A stretch of 64,000 nucleotides of DNA, taken from NCBI GenBank assembly GCA_963754655.1, contig CAVWGN010000001.1, positions 1,152,001 through 1,216,000 on the forward strand, given 5' to 3'. The translations under genes were made by a program, and so were the position numbers. The DNA is from an uncultured Chlamydiae bacterium (GTDB lineage: Bacteria; Chlamydiota; Chlamydiia; Chlamydiales; Parachlamydiaceae). Shown piece after piece: positions 1 through 10,230 of the stretch (position 1 is the first letter of the stretch; every line of letters begins with the position of its first letter). The notes beneath the pieces were generated by a model. That model was not told the origin of the DNA, did not search any database, and saw only the letters and a list, made by a program, of their open reading frames with translations.

Positions 1-85
1 TGTAAATATCTTGTCCATTTCATTCTTTTATGAGTTGCGAAAGGTTTGGAAATCCGTCGATTTTTTTCTCCGACCATTGTCGATT

Positions 86-850
86 ATGTCAGCAATTCAC
101 CTGCAAGCTTTACTCTGTAAAAAAGTAGCTAAAAAAATCTTTACCGTTACAGATTTATATCCTCTCAATGGAACAGTAAAAGGCCGAAATTTTAAAATTA
201 CGGACTTTGTAAGACCTATACATCGTAAAGAGATTGAACAACATGTTCAAATTCTTGATGAAATTGATTGTAAAAAGGAGCACGCACGTTGCCTTGTCAT
301 CGATTTTAAAGATAAAACTAAACGATATAACTGTTCAGAAGACATCTCTGTTGCTGAGAACGACTTCGCAGCATTTTTTAGAGGTGATGGTTCGGACAAA
401 AAAAATATACAGGCTGACATCTACAATTTATTTAAGAAATGCAAAGTTGATTTTTTTATTAATGAAGGATCGTTGAAGGCAAACCTATTAAAAAAAGCAT
501 TTAGTTCTGAACAGTCTGATTTTTTTCAGAATAATGAAAAAGGTTCTCAGCTACTCTGTCAGCTTTGCGAAGTGATCATGAATGGATTTAAGCAAGGCTG
601 TGAGGTCGTTGTAAATGGATGCCAATTTAATCCAAATGATTACATTTCCTTCGTTAATAGCTTTATTGAGCAAAAAGAGGATGAAAGTTGTGAGGAAGTA
701 AAACTTCTACCCATTCGCCTTATCACTTTGTATCCAAATTGTTACAAAGAAACATACTCCATTAAAAGCACATATTATCAATTAATAACAAATATATTTA
801 GGACCAATCATGAAGATAAAAAAAATACGACAATTATCACAATCGAGTGA
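86..850 (+). CDS. Hypothetical protein (~254 aa), overlapping and probably co-transcribed with the DapF-like gene
   Basis: Long ORF (11..850 from TTG; first ATG at 86). No recognisable motif. Overlaps the next ORF by 41 nt. Confidence 0.6.
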   Translation: MSAIHLQALLCKKVAKKIFTVTDLYPLNGTVKGRNFKITDFVRPIHRKEIEQHVQILDEIDCKKEHARCLVIDFKDKTKRYNCSEDISVAENDFAAFFRGDGSDKKNIQADIYNLFKKCKVDFFINEGSLKANLLKKAFSSEQSDFFQNNEKGSQLLCQLCEVIMNGFKQGCEVVVNGCQFNPNDYISFVNSFIEQKEDESCEEVKLLPIRLITLYPNCYKETYSIKSTYYQLITNIFRTNHEDKKNTTIITIE

Positions 851-1703
851 TGTCTCAACTCCTGAAAGAATTAAAATTTCGACATCTCCTTTCCCCTACA
901 TTAGGGGAGAGGGATGTGGCAATACTTTTCTTATTTTTGATTGTCTCGAAGCTTCACCCGAAGTTATCGATGAGATTATCAAAGGGGCTCATGAAAGTCT
1001 CCTTAAGGAAAACCGAGATGATGCTCTGATTTTAAAAACAGAATACCAAGACTATGAGCAGCATGTCTTAACAATGATTGTTTTAGAACCCGATCAAAGC
1101 ATCGCTGAATTCTGTGGGAATGGAGCACGTGTAATCAGCTGTTTTCTTCAACATAAATTTGGGAATCAAAAGATGAAATATTACCTCAAAACTTCTCGCG
1201 GAATGAGAAGAATTTGGTGGCAGAATGATACTTTTTTCGTGGATATGGGAAAGACTAACTTCTATTTGAATACAAATAAGTTTTTAAATCCAAAATTAGA
1301 GACCTTTACTCTGGGTTTGGGAATGAGGCAGTTTACGTTTTTTTGGACAGAAACAATGGAACCTCACTTGGTCACTTTTGAAGCGATTGACGAAGATGAA
1401 TTACAAGATTTGGGTCTATACCTTAATCATCATCAACGTCATTTTTTTCCTTTTGGGATTAATCTTAATAAAGCTGAGATTACATCAGAAGACAGCATGA
1501 CCGTTACAACATTTGAACGAGGCGTCAACCGTATTACAGAGGCTTGCGGCACTGGAGCGACCAGTTGTGCAATGCTCGCCAAGGCTTTAGGGCGTTTGGA
1601 AAGCAATAGAAGCGTTACCATTTCATTAAAGGGAGGACAAATCAAGGTCCAACCAAAGCGAGGCGGAGCTATTATATCTGGTCCAGCGAATATTGAGGTC
1701 TAA
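810..1703 (+). CDS. dapF: Diaminopimelate epimerase (DapF)-family PLP-independent epimerase/racemase
   Basis: Motifs GxGNxF (GCGNTF), EFCGNGAR (first catalytic Cys), EPHLV, FPxGIN and ERGV..TEACGTGA (second catalytic Cys). Confidence 0.8.
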   Translation: MKIKKIRQLSQSSDVSTPERIKISTSPFPYIRGEGCGNTFLIFDCLEASPEVIDEIIKGAHESLLKENRDDALILKTEYQDYEQHVLTMIVLEPDQSIAEFCGNGARVISCFLQHKFGNQKMKYYLKTSRGMRRIWWQNDTFFVDMGKTNFYLNTNKFLNPKLETFTLGLGMRQFTFFWTETMEPHLVTFEAIDEDELQDLGLYLNHHQRHFFPFGINLNKAEITSEDSMTVTTFERGVNRITEACGTGATSCAMLAKALGRLESNRSVTISLKGGQIKVQPKRGGAIISGPANIEV

Positions 1704-1721
1704 ATGGTTACACTTGAGGAA

Positions 1722-2000
1722 TTATTCCTCATGTAAACGTTCTAGAATGAGGTTGACAGGGCCATCATTCAATAAGGATACTTTCATTTCAGCGCCAAAG
1801 ATTCCGGACTGTACTTTAATACCGTTCTATAACTTATGGACAAATATACCATTCATTACTTCTTGCTTCATCGATACATTGCTAATAGACTTTTGGCCTA
1901 TCCCACAAGAGGAATCTCCACAAGCGTAAATTCCCGTGGAACGCACGGTACTCAATTTTTGTCCATAAGTTATAGAACGGTGCTTTTGAATGTTTTCTGG
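1722..2000 (-). pseudogene. dtd: Remnant of D-aminoacyl-tRNA deacylase (DTD) C-terminus, interrupted by a MITE
   Basis: After the TAG at 1827-1829 the minus frame reads [34 protein letters not shown], matching the DTD signature GxFGAxMxVxLxNDGPV. No DTD N-terminal half is recognisable. Confidence 0.65.
1821..1981. mobile_element. MITE-like element with 24-bp perfect terminal inverted repeats
   Basis: accgttctataacttatggacaaa (1821-1844) and its exact reverse complement (1958-1981) enclose 113 bp. Confidence 0.7.
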
Positions 2001-2244
2001 TTCAACCGCAAACGAATGAATTCTCTTGCTTAATGCACCTCCATCCATTAGTTCGATAACTTCTTGTGCTTCTAAAAAATAGGGGGCAAATAGATAACAA
2101 GCAGTCAAGCAGAAAAAAGCTGCCAAAGCAATGGCCCTAATTATCTTTTGCTGATGACTAAGAAAACGAAGCAAGTTTCTTTAAAAGGAATCATTGATGC
2201 CTCTAAAAAAGAGAAATAGAAAGATTCATTGTATAAATTCACTT

Positions 2245-3249
2245 TTATTCCATCCAATAGGAAGGAGAAACTAAAAGGCCTCTTGTCGTTGTCGTTTCAA
2301 TGGGCCGAATTTCTTGAATATGGAGCGCCTTCATGATAGCCAAGGTCAAAATGCAGTTGGAAACGTCCACATGGGCAAAGGGATTATTGAGTTCTTCATC
2401 AGTTTTATTCAAAGAATTTTCGATAAATTTTCGTAATCCGCTTCGAGTAATTACATCACCTTCAGAAGCGAGAGGCCGAATACTATGATAAAAAAGACGT
2501 CCGATTCCGGCAACAGTCCCTTGAGCTTGAATTTTCTGCTTAATAACTGGATACGCTTTTCGAGCAAAAGCACGAGCGTAGCTATCAGCTGCTTTAAGGT
2601 CCTTCTCACTCATTGGATTGGGTGAGTGGGTGTTCTCTATGTCATTTTCCTGTATGGCATCGACAATGTAGTTTTTAAATGCCACCGAACCCATTTGTTC
2701 CCCCATATAAACCGTTAGGTCCTCAGTAGTATTTGCAGTAGTGATTTGAAGGCTTCCTGTCCCAATATCCCAAACAATAACTTCTTCATGGTTAAATTCA
2801 CCTGAAGCCAAAGCACTAAAGAAAGCAATTTCGCCTTCTTCTCTTTGAGGAATAATCTGAACACGAATTTTTGTTTGCATTTCAATTTCTGAAATAAATC
2901 CTTTGCTATTATTGGCCTTACGAAATGCTGATGTCGCAATGGCGACCATCTTCTGAACTTGGTATTGATCAGCTATTTCCTTAATTTCTTTAAAAGTCTT
3001 CAATCCAAGGTCTTTTGTTTCCTCATCAAAAGTCCCATCTTCAGATTTGTCAAGAGACGCTTGATAAGGAACAGGAAATGAGGTATCTAGCACAATTTGA
3101 ACAATTTGATTTGTTTCTGTATCAATGTCAGCAATTGCTACTTTTGTCCCACCCGACCCTATATCAATCGCTGCTCGTCGTTCAACATCTGCATTAACTT
3201 GAGCAAAAGCCGTAATTAAAAAAAACACAACTAAATAAAAATTTTTCAT
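2245..3249 (-). CDS. Ppx/GppA-family phosphatase (ASKHA fold) with N-terminal signal peptide
   Basis: AAIDIGSG, ATSAFRKAxN, EEG and WDIGTGSLQI motifs. Leader MKNFYLVVFFLITAFAQVNA resembles a Sec signal. Confidence 0.85.
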   Translation of the reverse strand: MKNFYLVVFFLITAFAQVNADVERRAAIDIGSGGTKVAIADIDTETNQIVQIVLDTSFPVPYQASLDKSEDGTFDEETKDLGLKTFKEIKEIADQYQVQKMVAIATSAFRKANNSKGFISEIEMQTKIRVQIIPQREEGEIAFFSALASGEFNHEEVIVWDIGTGSLQITTANTTEDLTVYMGEQMGSVAFKNYIVDAIQENDIENTHSPNPMSEKDLKAADSYARAFARKAYPVIKQKIQAQGTVAGIGRLFYHSIRPLASEGDVITRSGLRKFIENSLNKTDEELNNPFAHVDVSNCILTLAIMKALHIQEIRPIETTTTRGLLVSPSYWME

Positions 3250-3332
3250 ATAAATCCTGTTATTGTCTAATAATAAATAATAAATCATGACATATTTTTA
3301 ATTAAAATAAATAGTGTTAATTATCTTAAAAT

Positions 3333-3413
3333 TGTTTAATAATAAGGCTTATTTTGCCTTAAGCTATTTTTAGTAAAAACATTCTGAAGCAAAATAAGCC
3401 TTATTATTAAACA
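3333..3413. repeat. 25-bp perfect inverted repeat with 31-bp spacer (terminator or mini-MITE)
   Basis: tgtttaataataaggcttattttgc (3333-3357) / gcaaaataagccttattattaaaca (3389-3413), just downstream of the 2H phosphoesterase gene. Confidence 0.7.
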
Positions 3414-3422
3414 GAGTGAACC

Positions 3423-4022
3423 TTAGGCTGCTTCTTCCGACTCTTCGGATTCCTCAAGGATCATCTCATCTACTTTCATCTGAGTTTTTCCTGGAACTTG
3501 TGTGCCAATTGTAATATGGAAGTCATGGTCTTTGAGTCTGGATGAAAGACCATAACTTTCTCGGAGCTTCTCTAACTCAGGAGCCGCTACCGCCAACAGC
3601 CAAAGCTTCTTCACTTTGTTGTTTTTATTCAACTTCACCGTTCGTAATTCCATCACAGTAAAAGTAAACTCCTGGCCGAGCTCTTTAATTTCCCAGATTT
3701 CATTCAAAATCTGTTCATTTTCATACATCACACTAATATGCGCTCCGATTCCTTTTTTGCTGGTATAATGTCGCGGGGGAACAATTTTACCTTGTGCATT
3801 GATCAATGGCAAAACCTCGGCAATAAAATCTTTAGATACCTCAACATATAAGTATCCATTATCTTTTTGCTTTAGAATTCCTTTCTGTTTGAATTGAACA
3901 ACTGTCTCGATCACTTGTGGTTGTTTTTCAACCTGGTAATCAACAGCGGCAAAACCGGGCGAGACAAAGGGAGTCGTCAGAACGACGAGAACAAAGAGTT
4001 TTTGGATAAAACTTTTCAACAT
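3423..4022 (-). CDS. 2H phosphoesterase-family protein, exported
   Basis: Two HxS/T motifs (GAHISV, DFHITIG) about 75 aa apart; signal peptide; GGAG Shine-Dalgarno upstream. Confidence 0.75.
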   Translation of the reverse strand: MLKSFIQKLFVLVVLTTPFVSPGFAAVDYQVEKQPQVIETVVQFKQKGILKQKDNGYLYVEVSKDFIAEVLPLINAQGKIVPPRHYTSKKGIGAHISVMYENEQILNEIWEIKELGQEFTFTVMELRTVKLNKNNKVKKLWLLAVAAPELEKLRESYGLSSRLKDHDFHITIGTQVPGKTQMKVDEMILEESEESEEAA

Positions 4023-4220
4023 AATACATCTCCTTGATGGTTGAATAAAGGTTTATCCTTACAAAGCTTAAAGCAATCGCAAGTTTCTATCAATAAAAAT
4101 CTTATGTAAATGAATGATAAAATAATCAATTGATCGAGTGGATGCATTAAAAAATTTACTTATCTTTCATGCACCCACTTTTTTGATCAGTTGAAATGCT
4201 CACTCTTAGGCAAGATAAAA

Positions 4221-6038
4221 TTACGCTTTAGATCCTGGACGCTTGCGCTCATTTTCTGTCAAATAGCGTTTGCGCATGCGAATCGCATCAGGCGTCACTT
4301 CAATCAATTCATCTTCCTGGATGTAATCAATTGCTTGTTCAAGAGTAAAGCGGCGTGGAGGTATCAAAATGATGTTTTCATCGCTTCCAGACGCTCGAAC
4401 GTTGGTCAATTGTTTGCCTTTTGTGACATTGACGATCAAATCATTGTCGCGATTGTTTTCTCCCACAATCATCCCTTCGTAAACTTCATCAGTTGGAGAA
4501 ACAAATAAAACACCACGATCTTGCAAGTTAAAGCAAGCATAGCCACTCGTTTTACCTGATCCAATCGAAATAAGTACACCGCGTGTGCGTCCAGGAATCG
4601 CCCCTCTCCAAGGAGCAAATTGCTCGAATACAGAGGTCAGAATTCCTAAACCACGAGTTGCTGTTAAAAATTCATTGCGATAGCCCATTAAACCGCGAGT
4701 TGGAATGAGGAAGTCAATAGAGGTAATGCCATTTTCATCTGTATCTAAGAGTTGCATTTCACCCCGACGCCGCGATAGCTCTTCAATGACTGTTCCTGAA
4801 TATTCCTGTGGAACTTCAATATGAACTCTTTCAATTGGTTCATGTTTAACGCCATCTTGTTCTTTAATGATGACGCGTGGAGTGGAAACGCTAAACTCAT
4901 ATTGTTCACGGCGCATTGCTTCAATCAAAACAGCTAGGTGCAGTTCTCCTCGACCGGAGACGGTGATCTTATCTTGTTCAGATTGGTCTTCAATACGAAG
5001 AGAAATATTGGCCCGTTTCTCGCGCTCCAGGCGGTCACGAATTTTATTCATCGTCACATGCTTACCGCTTCTTCCTACAAAAGGACTATTGTTCACCGTA
5101 ATGTCAATCGAAACAGTAGGTTCATCCAACTTAATACGAGGAAGGCGTACAACTTTTTTTGGGTCGCAAAGTGTGTCTCCAATGGTCACTTCCGGAATTC
5201 CAGATAAAATCACAATATCGCCTACTCCAGCTTCTTCCATTTCCACTTTTTCTAAGCCTAGGTGGCCTTCAATGCGTGTAATGGGATATTTTGTTTCTTT
5301 TCCCATATCATCAATGTGAATCACAGCTTGTCCTTTTCGAATCGTTCCTTCTAAAATACGGCCACACGCTTGACGTCCGACATAGTCATCGTAAGCAATA
5401 GTGGAAACATGCATAAGAAAAGGATTATCTAAGCTACCGTTTGGTGCTTGAACGGCATACGTGATCAATTCAAAGAGAGGACGCATGTCTTTGTGCAGAT
5501 CATGTAAATGATGAATGGCAAATCCAGAGAGCCCAGAAGCATAGCAATAGCGGAAATCTAGTTGTTCGTCGGTGGCGCCAAGCTCCGCAAAAAGATCAAA
5601 GGTTTCATCTAACACACGATCAGGATTAGCATGTGGACGGTCAATTTTATTCAATACCACAATCGGCTTTAATCCCATTTTTAAAGATTTTGAAAGAACA
5701 AAACGCGTTTGCGGCATGGGGCCTTCTTGAGCATCAACTAGGAGAAGAACCGAATCCACCATGCCCAGAATGCGCTCGACTTCTCCCGAAAAATCAGCGT
5801 GTCCAGGAGTGTCGATAATGTTGATTTTGAAGTCATCAAAATAAACTGAGGTATGCTTGGCAAAAATCGTAATGCCGCGCTCTTGTTCTTGATCATAAGA
5901 ATCCATCATTCGTTCGCGAACTTGCTGGTTTTCGCGAAAAATGTTGGATTGCTTTAAAAGGGCATCAAGTAATGTTGTTTTGCCATGGTCGATATGAGCA
6001 ATAATGGCAATATTGCGAATTTTCTCAGGAGAATACAT
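4221..6038 (-). CDS. typA: Translational GTPase TypA/BipA
   Basis: [42 protein letters not shown] and [10 protein letters not shown] motifs. Confidence 0.98.
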   Translation of the reverse strand: MYSPEKIRNIAIIAHIDHGKTTLLDALLKQSNIFRENQQVRERMMDSYDQEQERGITIFAKHTSVYFDDFKINIIDTPGHADFSGEVERILGMVDSVLLLVDAQEGPMPQTRFVLSKSLKMGLKPIVVLNKIDRPHANPDRVLDETFDLFAELGATDEQLDFRYCYASGLSGFAIHHLHDLHKDMRPLFELITYAVQAPNGSLDNPFLMHVSTIAYDDYVGRQACGRILEGTIRKGQAVIHIDDMGKETKYPITRIEGHLGLEKVEMEEAGVGDIVILSGIPEVTIGDTLCDPKKVVRLPRIKLDEPTVSIDITVNNSPFVGRSGKHVTMNKIRDRLEREKRANISLRIEDQSEQDKITVSGRGELHLAVLIEAMRREQYEFSVSTPRVIIKEQDGVKHEPIERVHIEVPQEYSGTVIEELSRRRGEMQLLDTDENGITSIDFLIPTRGLMGYRNEFLTATRGLGILTSVFEQFAPWRGAIPGRTRGVLISIGSGKTSGYACFNLQDRGVLFVSPTDEVYEGMIVGENNRDNDLIVNVTKGKQLTNVRASGSDENIILIPPRRFTLEQAIDYIQEDELIEVTPDAIRMRKRYLTENERKRPGSKA

Positions 6039-6287
6039 ATGAAATCTTCTGTTAAAGTTTAAATTGAATTGTGAATGATATAAAGATAATAAACTAGGAG
6101 TTTATAAAAAATCAAGTTTTAAAATTTAATTTTTAATTTAAACAATGAACTCTCTCTCTTTTTGCTTGAATAATTGGTTCGAAATTGATAATCTCAAAGA
6201 AGTAACCCGAGAGGTTGATCACAAGTGGAATTAAATCGCCAAGCAGAGAATGGTCTAATTGAAGAGGGTATCGTATCGGGAAATTTA

Positions 6288-7697
6288 ATGGATTCTCGGA
6301 CGAGTCAACTGGATGACGTTCTCAATGAAAAACTTGAGAAAGCATTTCATAAGCCCACTTCGCAGTTTATGCTGCACGACATTGCAAAGATTGCAAGCGA
6401 GCATGATCCAATTGACCTTGCCTATGCGGTCACTCGTCTTCCTCCTCAAGCGCGGGTTGTCGTCTATGAAAATCTTCCCGATCTTAATGCTAAAATCATT
6501 TTCATGATCAATACGGGAAGTAATACCCGTTCTGCCATTTTCCCTCAGCTTGATGATCGTGAAATCAAGGCCTTATTGGAGAGAATGCCTCCCGATGAAG
6601 CTGCTTGGTTGTTAGATGATATGTCAGATCGACGTCTAAAGAGGGTTCTAGAAATTTTAGAGCCTAAAAAGGCAGCTCGCATTCGCGAACTTTACAAACA
6701 TGACCGTCATAGTGCGGGACGTTTGATGACGAATGAATTTTTTGCCTTTCATATGAATACTACAATTGGAGAACTGGCAGTTGAAATTCGGGATAATCCG
6801 GGTATTGATTTGACACGTCGCATTTTTGTGTTAAATGATCTGGATGAATTGGTTGGATTCGTGCCCGCCCGCAATCTCATTATCAATCCTCCCTACGTTC
6901 CGCTGAAGCAAGTCATGCGTCCTGTTTTACACCAAATTCGAGCCGATACTTCGCGCGATGAGGTTGTCGATTTGGTGGAACGCTATAAAATTCCGGCTTT
7001 GCCAGTGATTGATGATCAAGACAGGCTCGTGGGTGTCATTACCTATGAAAGAGTTGTTGAAGCAATGGAAGACATTGCAGATGAAACGATTGCAAGTATT
7101 GCGGGGACAGCGGAAGATTTGAGTGAACATGAACCTATCTTTAAGCGTTTTCTTTGGCGTGCCCCTTGGCTTATCGTCACCCTATGTGCAGGTCTTGTGA
7201 CTGCAGCTGCCCTTTCCCATTTTAAAGATCGTGATTGGTTTACATTTGTCGCTTTATTTGTTCCTTTAATTGCTGGAATGTCGGGTAATGTAGGGATTCA
7301 GTGTAGTACCATTTTGGTGCGTGGAATGTCAACGGGGGAATTATCGTATGGATCGCGCCGTCAAGCTGTCTTCAACGAACTTAGCATTGGTGTCTTAATT
7401 GGCGTAGTATTTGGACTTCTTTGCGGGATTTTTGTTTATGTGTTAAATCGTTTAGAAATCCATTATTTGGGATCGGACCCCATTGTATTAGGAGTCATTG
7501 TAAGTAGTGGTTTATTAGGCGCATGTTTGATGGCAACTTTATTAGGAACATTATCGCCTTTTTTCTTTGCTCGCTTTCGCATAGATCCAGCTGTAGCATC
7601 AGGACCTATTGTCACAGCTTTTAATGATGTGATTTCTACCCTGATGTATATTTTAATAGCCAAAGTTATTAGTTCGTTTTTTATGGTTTCCGTTTAA
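6288..7697 (+). CDS. mgtE: Magnesium transporter MgtE
   Basis: N-domain, CBS pair (SAGRLMT) and five-TM domain with GNVGxQ and DPAVASGP..T..ND. Start at ATG 6288 or GTG 6225. Confidence 0.95.
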   Translation: MDSRTSQLDDVLNEKLEKAFHKPTSQFMLHDIAKIASEHDPIDLAYAVTRLPPQARVVVYENLPDLNAKIIFMINTGSNTRSAIFPQLDDREIKALLERMPPDEAAWLLDDMSDRRLKRVLEILEPKKAARIRELYKHDRHSAGRLMTNEFFAFHMNTTIGELAVEIRDNPGIDLTRRIFVLNDLDELVGFVPARNLIINPPYVPLKQVMRPVLHQIRADTSRDEVVDLVERYKIPALPVIDDQDRLVGVITYERVVEAMEDIADETIASIAGTAEDLSEHEPIFKRFLWRAPWLIVTLCAGLVTAAALSHFKDRDWFTFVALFVPLIAGMSGNVGIQCSTILVRGMSTGELSYGSRRQAVFNELSIGVLIGVVFGLLCGIFVYVLNRLEIHYLGSDPIVLGVIVSSGLLGACLMATLLGTLSPFFFARFRIDPAVASGPIVTAFNDVISTLMYILIAKVISSFFMVSV

Positions 7698-7832
7698 ATT
7701 AATTTCAGCAGAAATCTATTACAATTTAGCCACTGTTACTAAAGAAGGAAGCATTCGGCTTTGCAATGGAACAAAAATAAATCAACAGGAGCTTGAGTTG
7801 AAGGTCTGTTGCAACAATTTAAAAATAGGACC

Positions 7833-8840
7833 TTAAGGATTTTTTAAGTCTTCTTCTTCCTCCTCAAGAGAGCGAGCTTCAATTAGTTTATCCTCCAAAG
7901 AGACATCTTCATCACTTTCATTGTCTAGGGAAAGATCTTCAATCATTTTACTAGGATCCAATTTGCGCTGTAAGCCTTCTAGATATTCTATAAAAGCCTT
8001 TTTGCTATCAGCTAGAGTCGGTCCTTCTGACGATTTGACAAGGGCATCGATTTGCTTTCGCAATTCTACTCGATGAGAAATCGCTTGCAAAGTTTGCAAA
8101 TGATGAAGCTTTTGCTTTTGCCTTTCGAGCGCTTCTGGATCTTGATCCGCACTACCGACTTTATCGACTTCTTTTTCTAAGTCGTCAATTAACGCCATAT
8201 CTTGAGGATGCCCTTGAACCAGAGGTTTAATATAAGCTAAGTGTGTTTTCACTATCAGTTGTTTATCGTCAAGGTTAGACCTTATAATTGCTCCTCTGAA
8301 TTTGCGAATTTCTTCATCTAATTCTTTAGTGACGCTCTCCAAGTGCGCAAATTCTGATTTTCGCAAGTCATTACGAAAATAAGAAATAGTGCCAAACCGT
8401 TGATTTTTCTGTGTCATGACAGACGCAGTTCGTCGAATCTGATCAACAGGGCTCCAGGCAACCCGATCAAAATATTTTCGGACGCGATAGCGAGAAAACG
8501 CACAGGCACCTAAAAAAAGAAGAGCACCTACGCTTAAACCCAATGGTAAGGCTGCCCAGGAAAGAGTTTTTACAGCTATAGCTGTCACAAGCGCAGCAAG
8601 ACATAAACTTCCTCCTAAAACCACATAGTCTAATGGAGTGAGAGGTTTAATATTGCGTTCATAAAGAGGTTTGCCATATTGTTGCCAAAGATCTGATTGA
8701 CTCCACTCGTCGCATTTGATTTTACAATATCCTTCTACCTTTTTTTTTGCCTTAGCGCCTATGAGAATCATCTGAAAAAACCCATTTTCAATCTGATTAG
8801 GAACTTGCCTGATAAAGTTTGAAATAAACATACTTAACAC
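7833..8840 (-). CDS. Inclusion-membrane (Inc)-like protein
   Basis: Bilobed ~45-aa hydrophobic segment (VVLGGSLCLAALVTAIAV-KT-LSWAALPLGLSVGALLFLGACAF) followed by a coiled-coil region and acidic tail. Confidence 0.6.
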   Translation of the reverse strand: MLSMFISNFIRQVPNQIENGFFQMILIGAKAKKKVEGYCKIKCDEWSQSDLWQQYGKPLYERNIKPLTPLDYVVLGGSLCLAALVTAIAVKTLSWAALPLGLSVGALLFLGACAFSRYRVRKYFDRVAWSPVDQIRRTASVMTQKNQRFGTISYFRNDLRKSEFAHLESVTKELDEEIRKFRGAIIRSNLDDKQLIVKTHLAYIKPLVQGHPQDMALIDDLEKEVDKVGSADQDPEALERQKQKLHHLQTLQAISHRVELRKQIDALVKSSEGPTLADSKKAFIEYLEGLQRKLDPSKMIEDLSLDNESDEDVSLEDKLIEARSLEEEEEDLKNP

Positions 8841-8925
8841 TCATATCTTGTATTAAAAATATTAAAAGGTGATAACTTCTTTCTTAAGATGCAAATTAAA
8901 GTTTAAAGGGCAATGGGTAAGATAA

Positions 8926-9633
8926 ATGGCATACTCTATTCTTGCAATATTAAAAGAAAACTTGATTCTCTTATGGGTTAATTTAAAGGTAAAAGTGGGC
9001 AATCTGATTGAATATACACGCGTGATTATCCGCTATTATCCTCATGTCAATTTTGCAAAAATTGATATGACCCTTTTGCTTTCCTATTTTTTTTCGAATC
9101 CCTTTCAGATCAGTAAGCGCTTCTTGATTCAAAAAGGAGAACAAGAGATTTATACCTATGGAGAAACTCCTTTGACAAGTTTGGAATGGATTGTCCGCAA
9201 CTGTGGAATAACAGCTCAAGATGTTGTATTCGAATTAGGATGCGGTCGTGGAAGAACCTGTTTTTGGCTAAGTCAATTTGTTGGCTGTTCAGTGGTGGGA
9301 ATTGATTACATTCCGATCTTCATTGAAAAGGCAAATCAAATCAAAGAACGCTTGGGGATTCAACAAGTTTCTTTTCGCCTTGAAGATCTCTTTCAAGTTG
9401 ATTTGAAAGGTGCAACGGTCATTTATTTATATGGAACTTGTTTTTCTGCTACTTACATCGATTTATTGATTGACCGCCTGAGCCAACTACCAAAGGGAAC
9501 AAAAATCATTACAGTGAGTTATTCCTTAGCTGAATTTCAACCTGAATCTCCTTTTCAGGTCATCAAACAATTTCCCTGCTCCTTTACATGGGGAGAAACA
9601 GATGTTTATCTCCAAGTCAAAAAAACAGCATGA
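8926..9633 (+). CDS. Class I SAM-dependent methyltransferase (DOT1-like subgroup)
   Basis: YGET, FELGCGRG motif I, VVGID and ATVIYLYGTCF. Confidence 0.8.
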   Translation: MAYSILAILKENLILLWVNLKVKVGNLIEYTRVIIRYYPHVNFAKIDMTLLLSYFFSNPFQISKRFLIQKGEQEIYTYGETPLTSLEWIVRNCGITAQDVVFELGCGRGRTCFWLSQFVGCSVVGIDYIPIFIEKANQIKERLGIQQVSFRLEDLFQVDLKGATVIYLYGTCFSATYIDLLIDRLSQLPKGTKIITVSYSLAEFQPESPFQVIKQFPCSFTWGETDVYLQVKKTA

Positions 9634-9667
9634 GAGCATATGAGTCTCCCATGCTTTTGCAACTGAA

Positions 9668-10213
9668 TTATGAGCCACCTGCCACGAGTTCTGACTGGCG
9701 TCGGCTGTTTTGAATGATACGATCGGCAATGACTGCAGCTTGTTCTTGCCCTTTTTCTGCAGATTGCGCTCCTTGAGAATGATCGCTAAAAATATGGCCC
9801 TGGCGTTGATAATTAAATTCAAGCAATTGTCCCTGAGCATTGATTAATTTATCTCCATATTTAGCACCTGCATCCCATCCATGTCCAAACGCTGCCAAAC
9901 CTGCACCAACTGCATTCGCAGTCCCTCCAAAAGCACTAGATCCAAACTGACAAGTTGCAGCAGCGAGCTCCAACAAGAGGCTGCGTTTATCTCGAAAGTT
10001 GTTAGCTTTGCTTTGGCTAAGGATGTTTTGTGCATTTAGGCTCAGATTGCGCGAGTCGAGATGTGCAACTTTACGCCCAAGTTGGAGAGCGCGATCTCTA
10101 TCACAAACTTGCAAAAGTAAATCCTCAATTTCGATGCTGTGGCATGCCTGTACGTAGCTCGCTAATCCTGCTTCAGATAGACTGCCAGAAAATTTATGAA
10201 TGGATTGGACCAT
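9668..10213 (-). CDS. Putative T3SS minor translocator (CopD/YopD-like)
   Basis: Last gene of the SycD cluster, with one Gly/Ala-rich hydrophobic segment. Called mainly from position. Confidence 0.5.
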   Translation of the reverse strand: MVQSIHKFSGSLSEAGLASYVQACHSIEIEDLLLQVCDRDRALQLGRKVAHLDSRNLSLNAQNILSQSKANNFRDKRSLLLELAAATCQFGSSAFGGTANAVGAGLAAFGHGWDAGAKYGDKLINAQGQLLEFNYQRQGHIFSDHSQGAQSAEKGQEQAAVIADRIIQNSRRQSELVAGGS

Positions 10214-10230
10214 ATATGATTCTCCTATTT

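Noticed and set aside
1827..2174. 115-aa ORF as a real lipoprotein or Cys-motif protein
   Set aside because: Its last ~50 codons, including CGDSSC and the stop, are read through the MITE.
4191..5818. Short ORFs antisense to typA, and similar shadow ORFs throughout the track
   Set aside because: They overlap well-supported genes on the opposite strand or in another frame and show no motifs.
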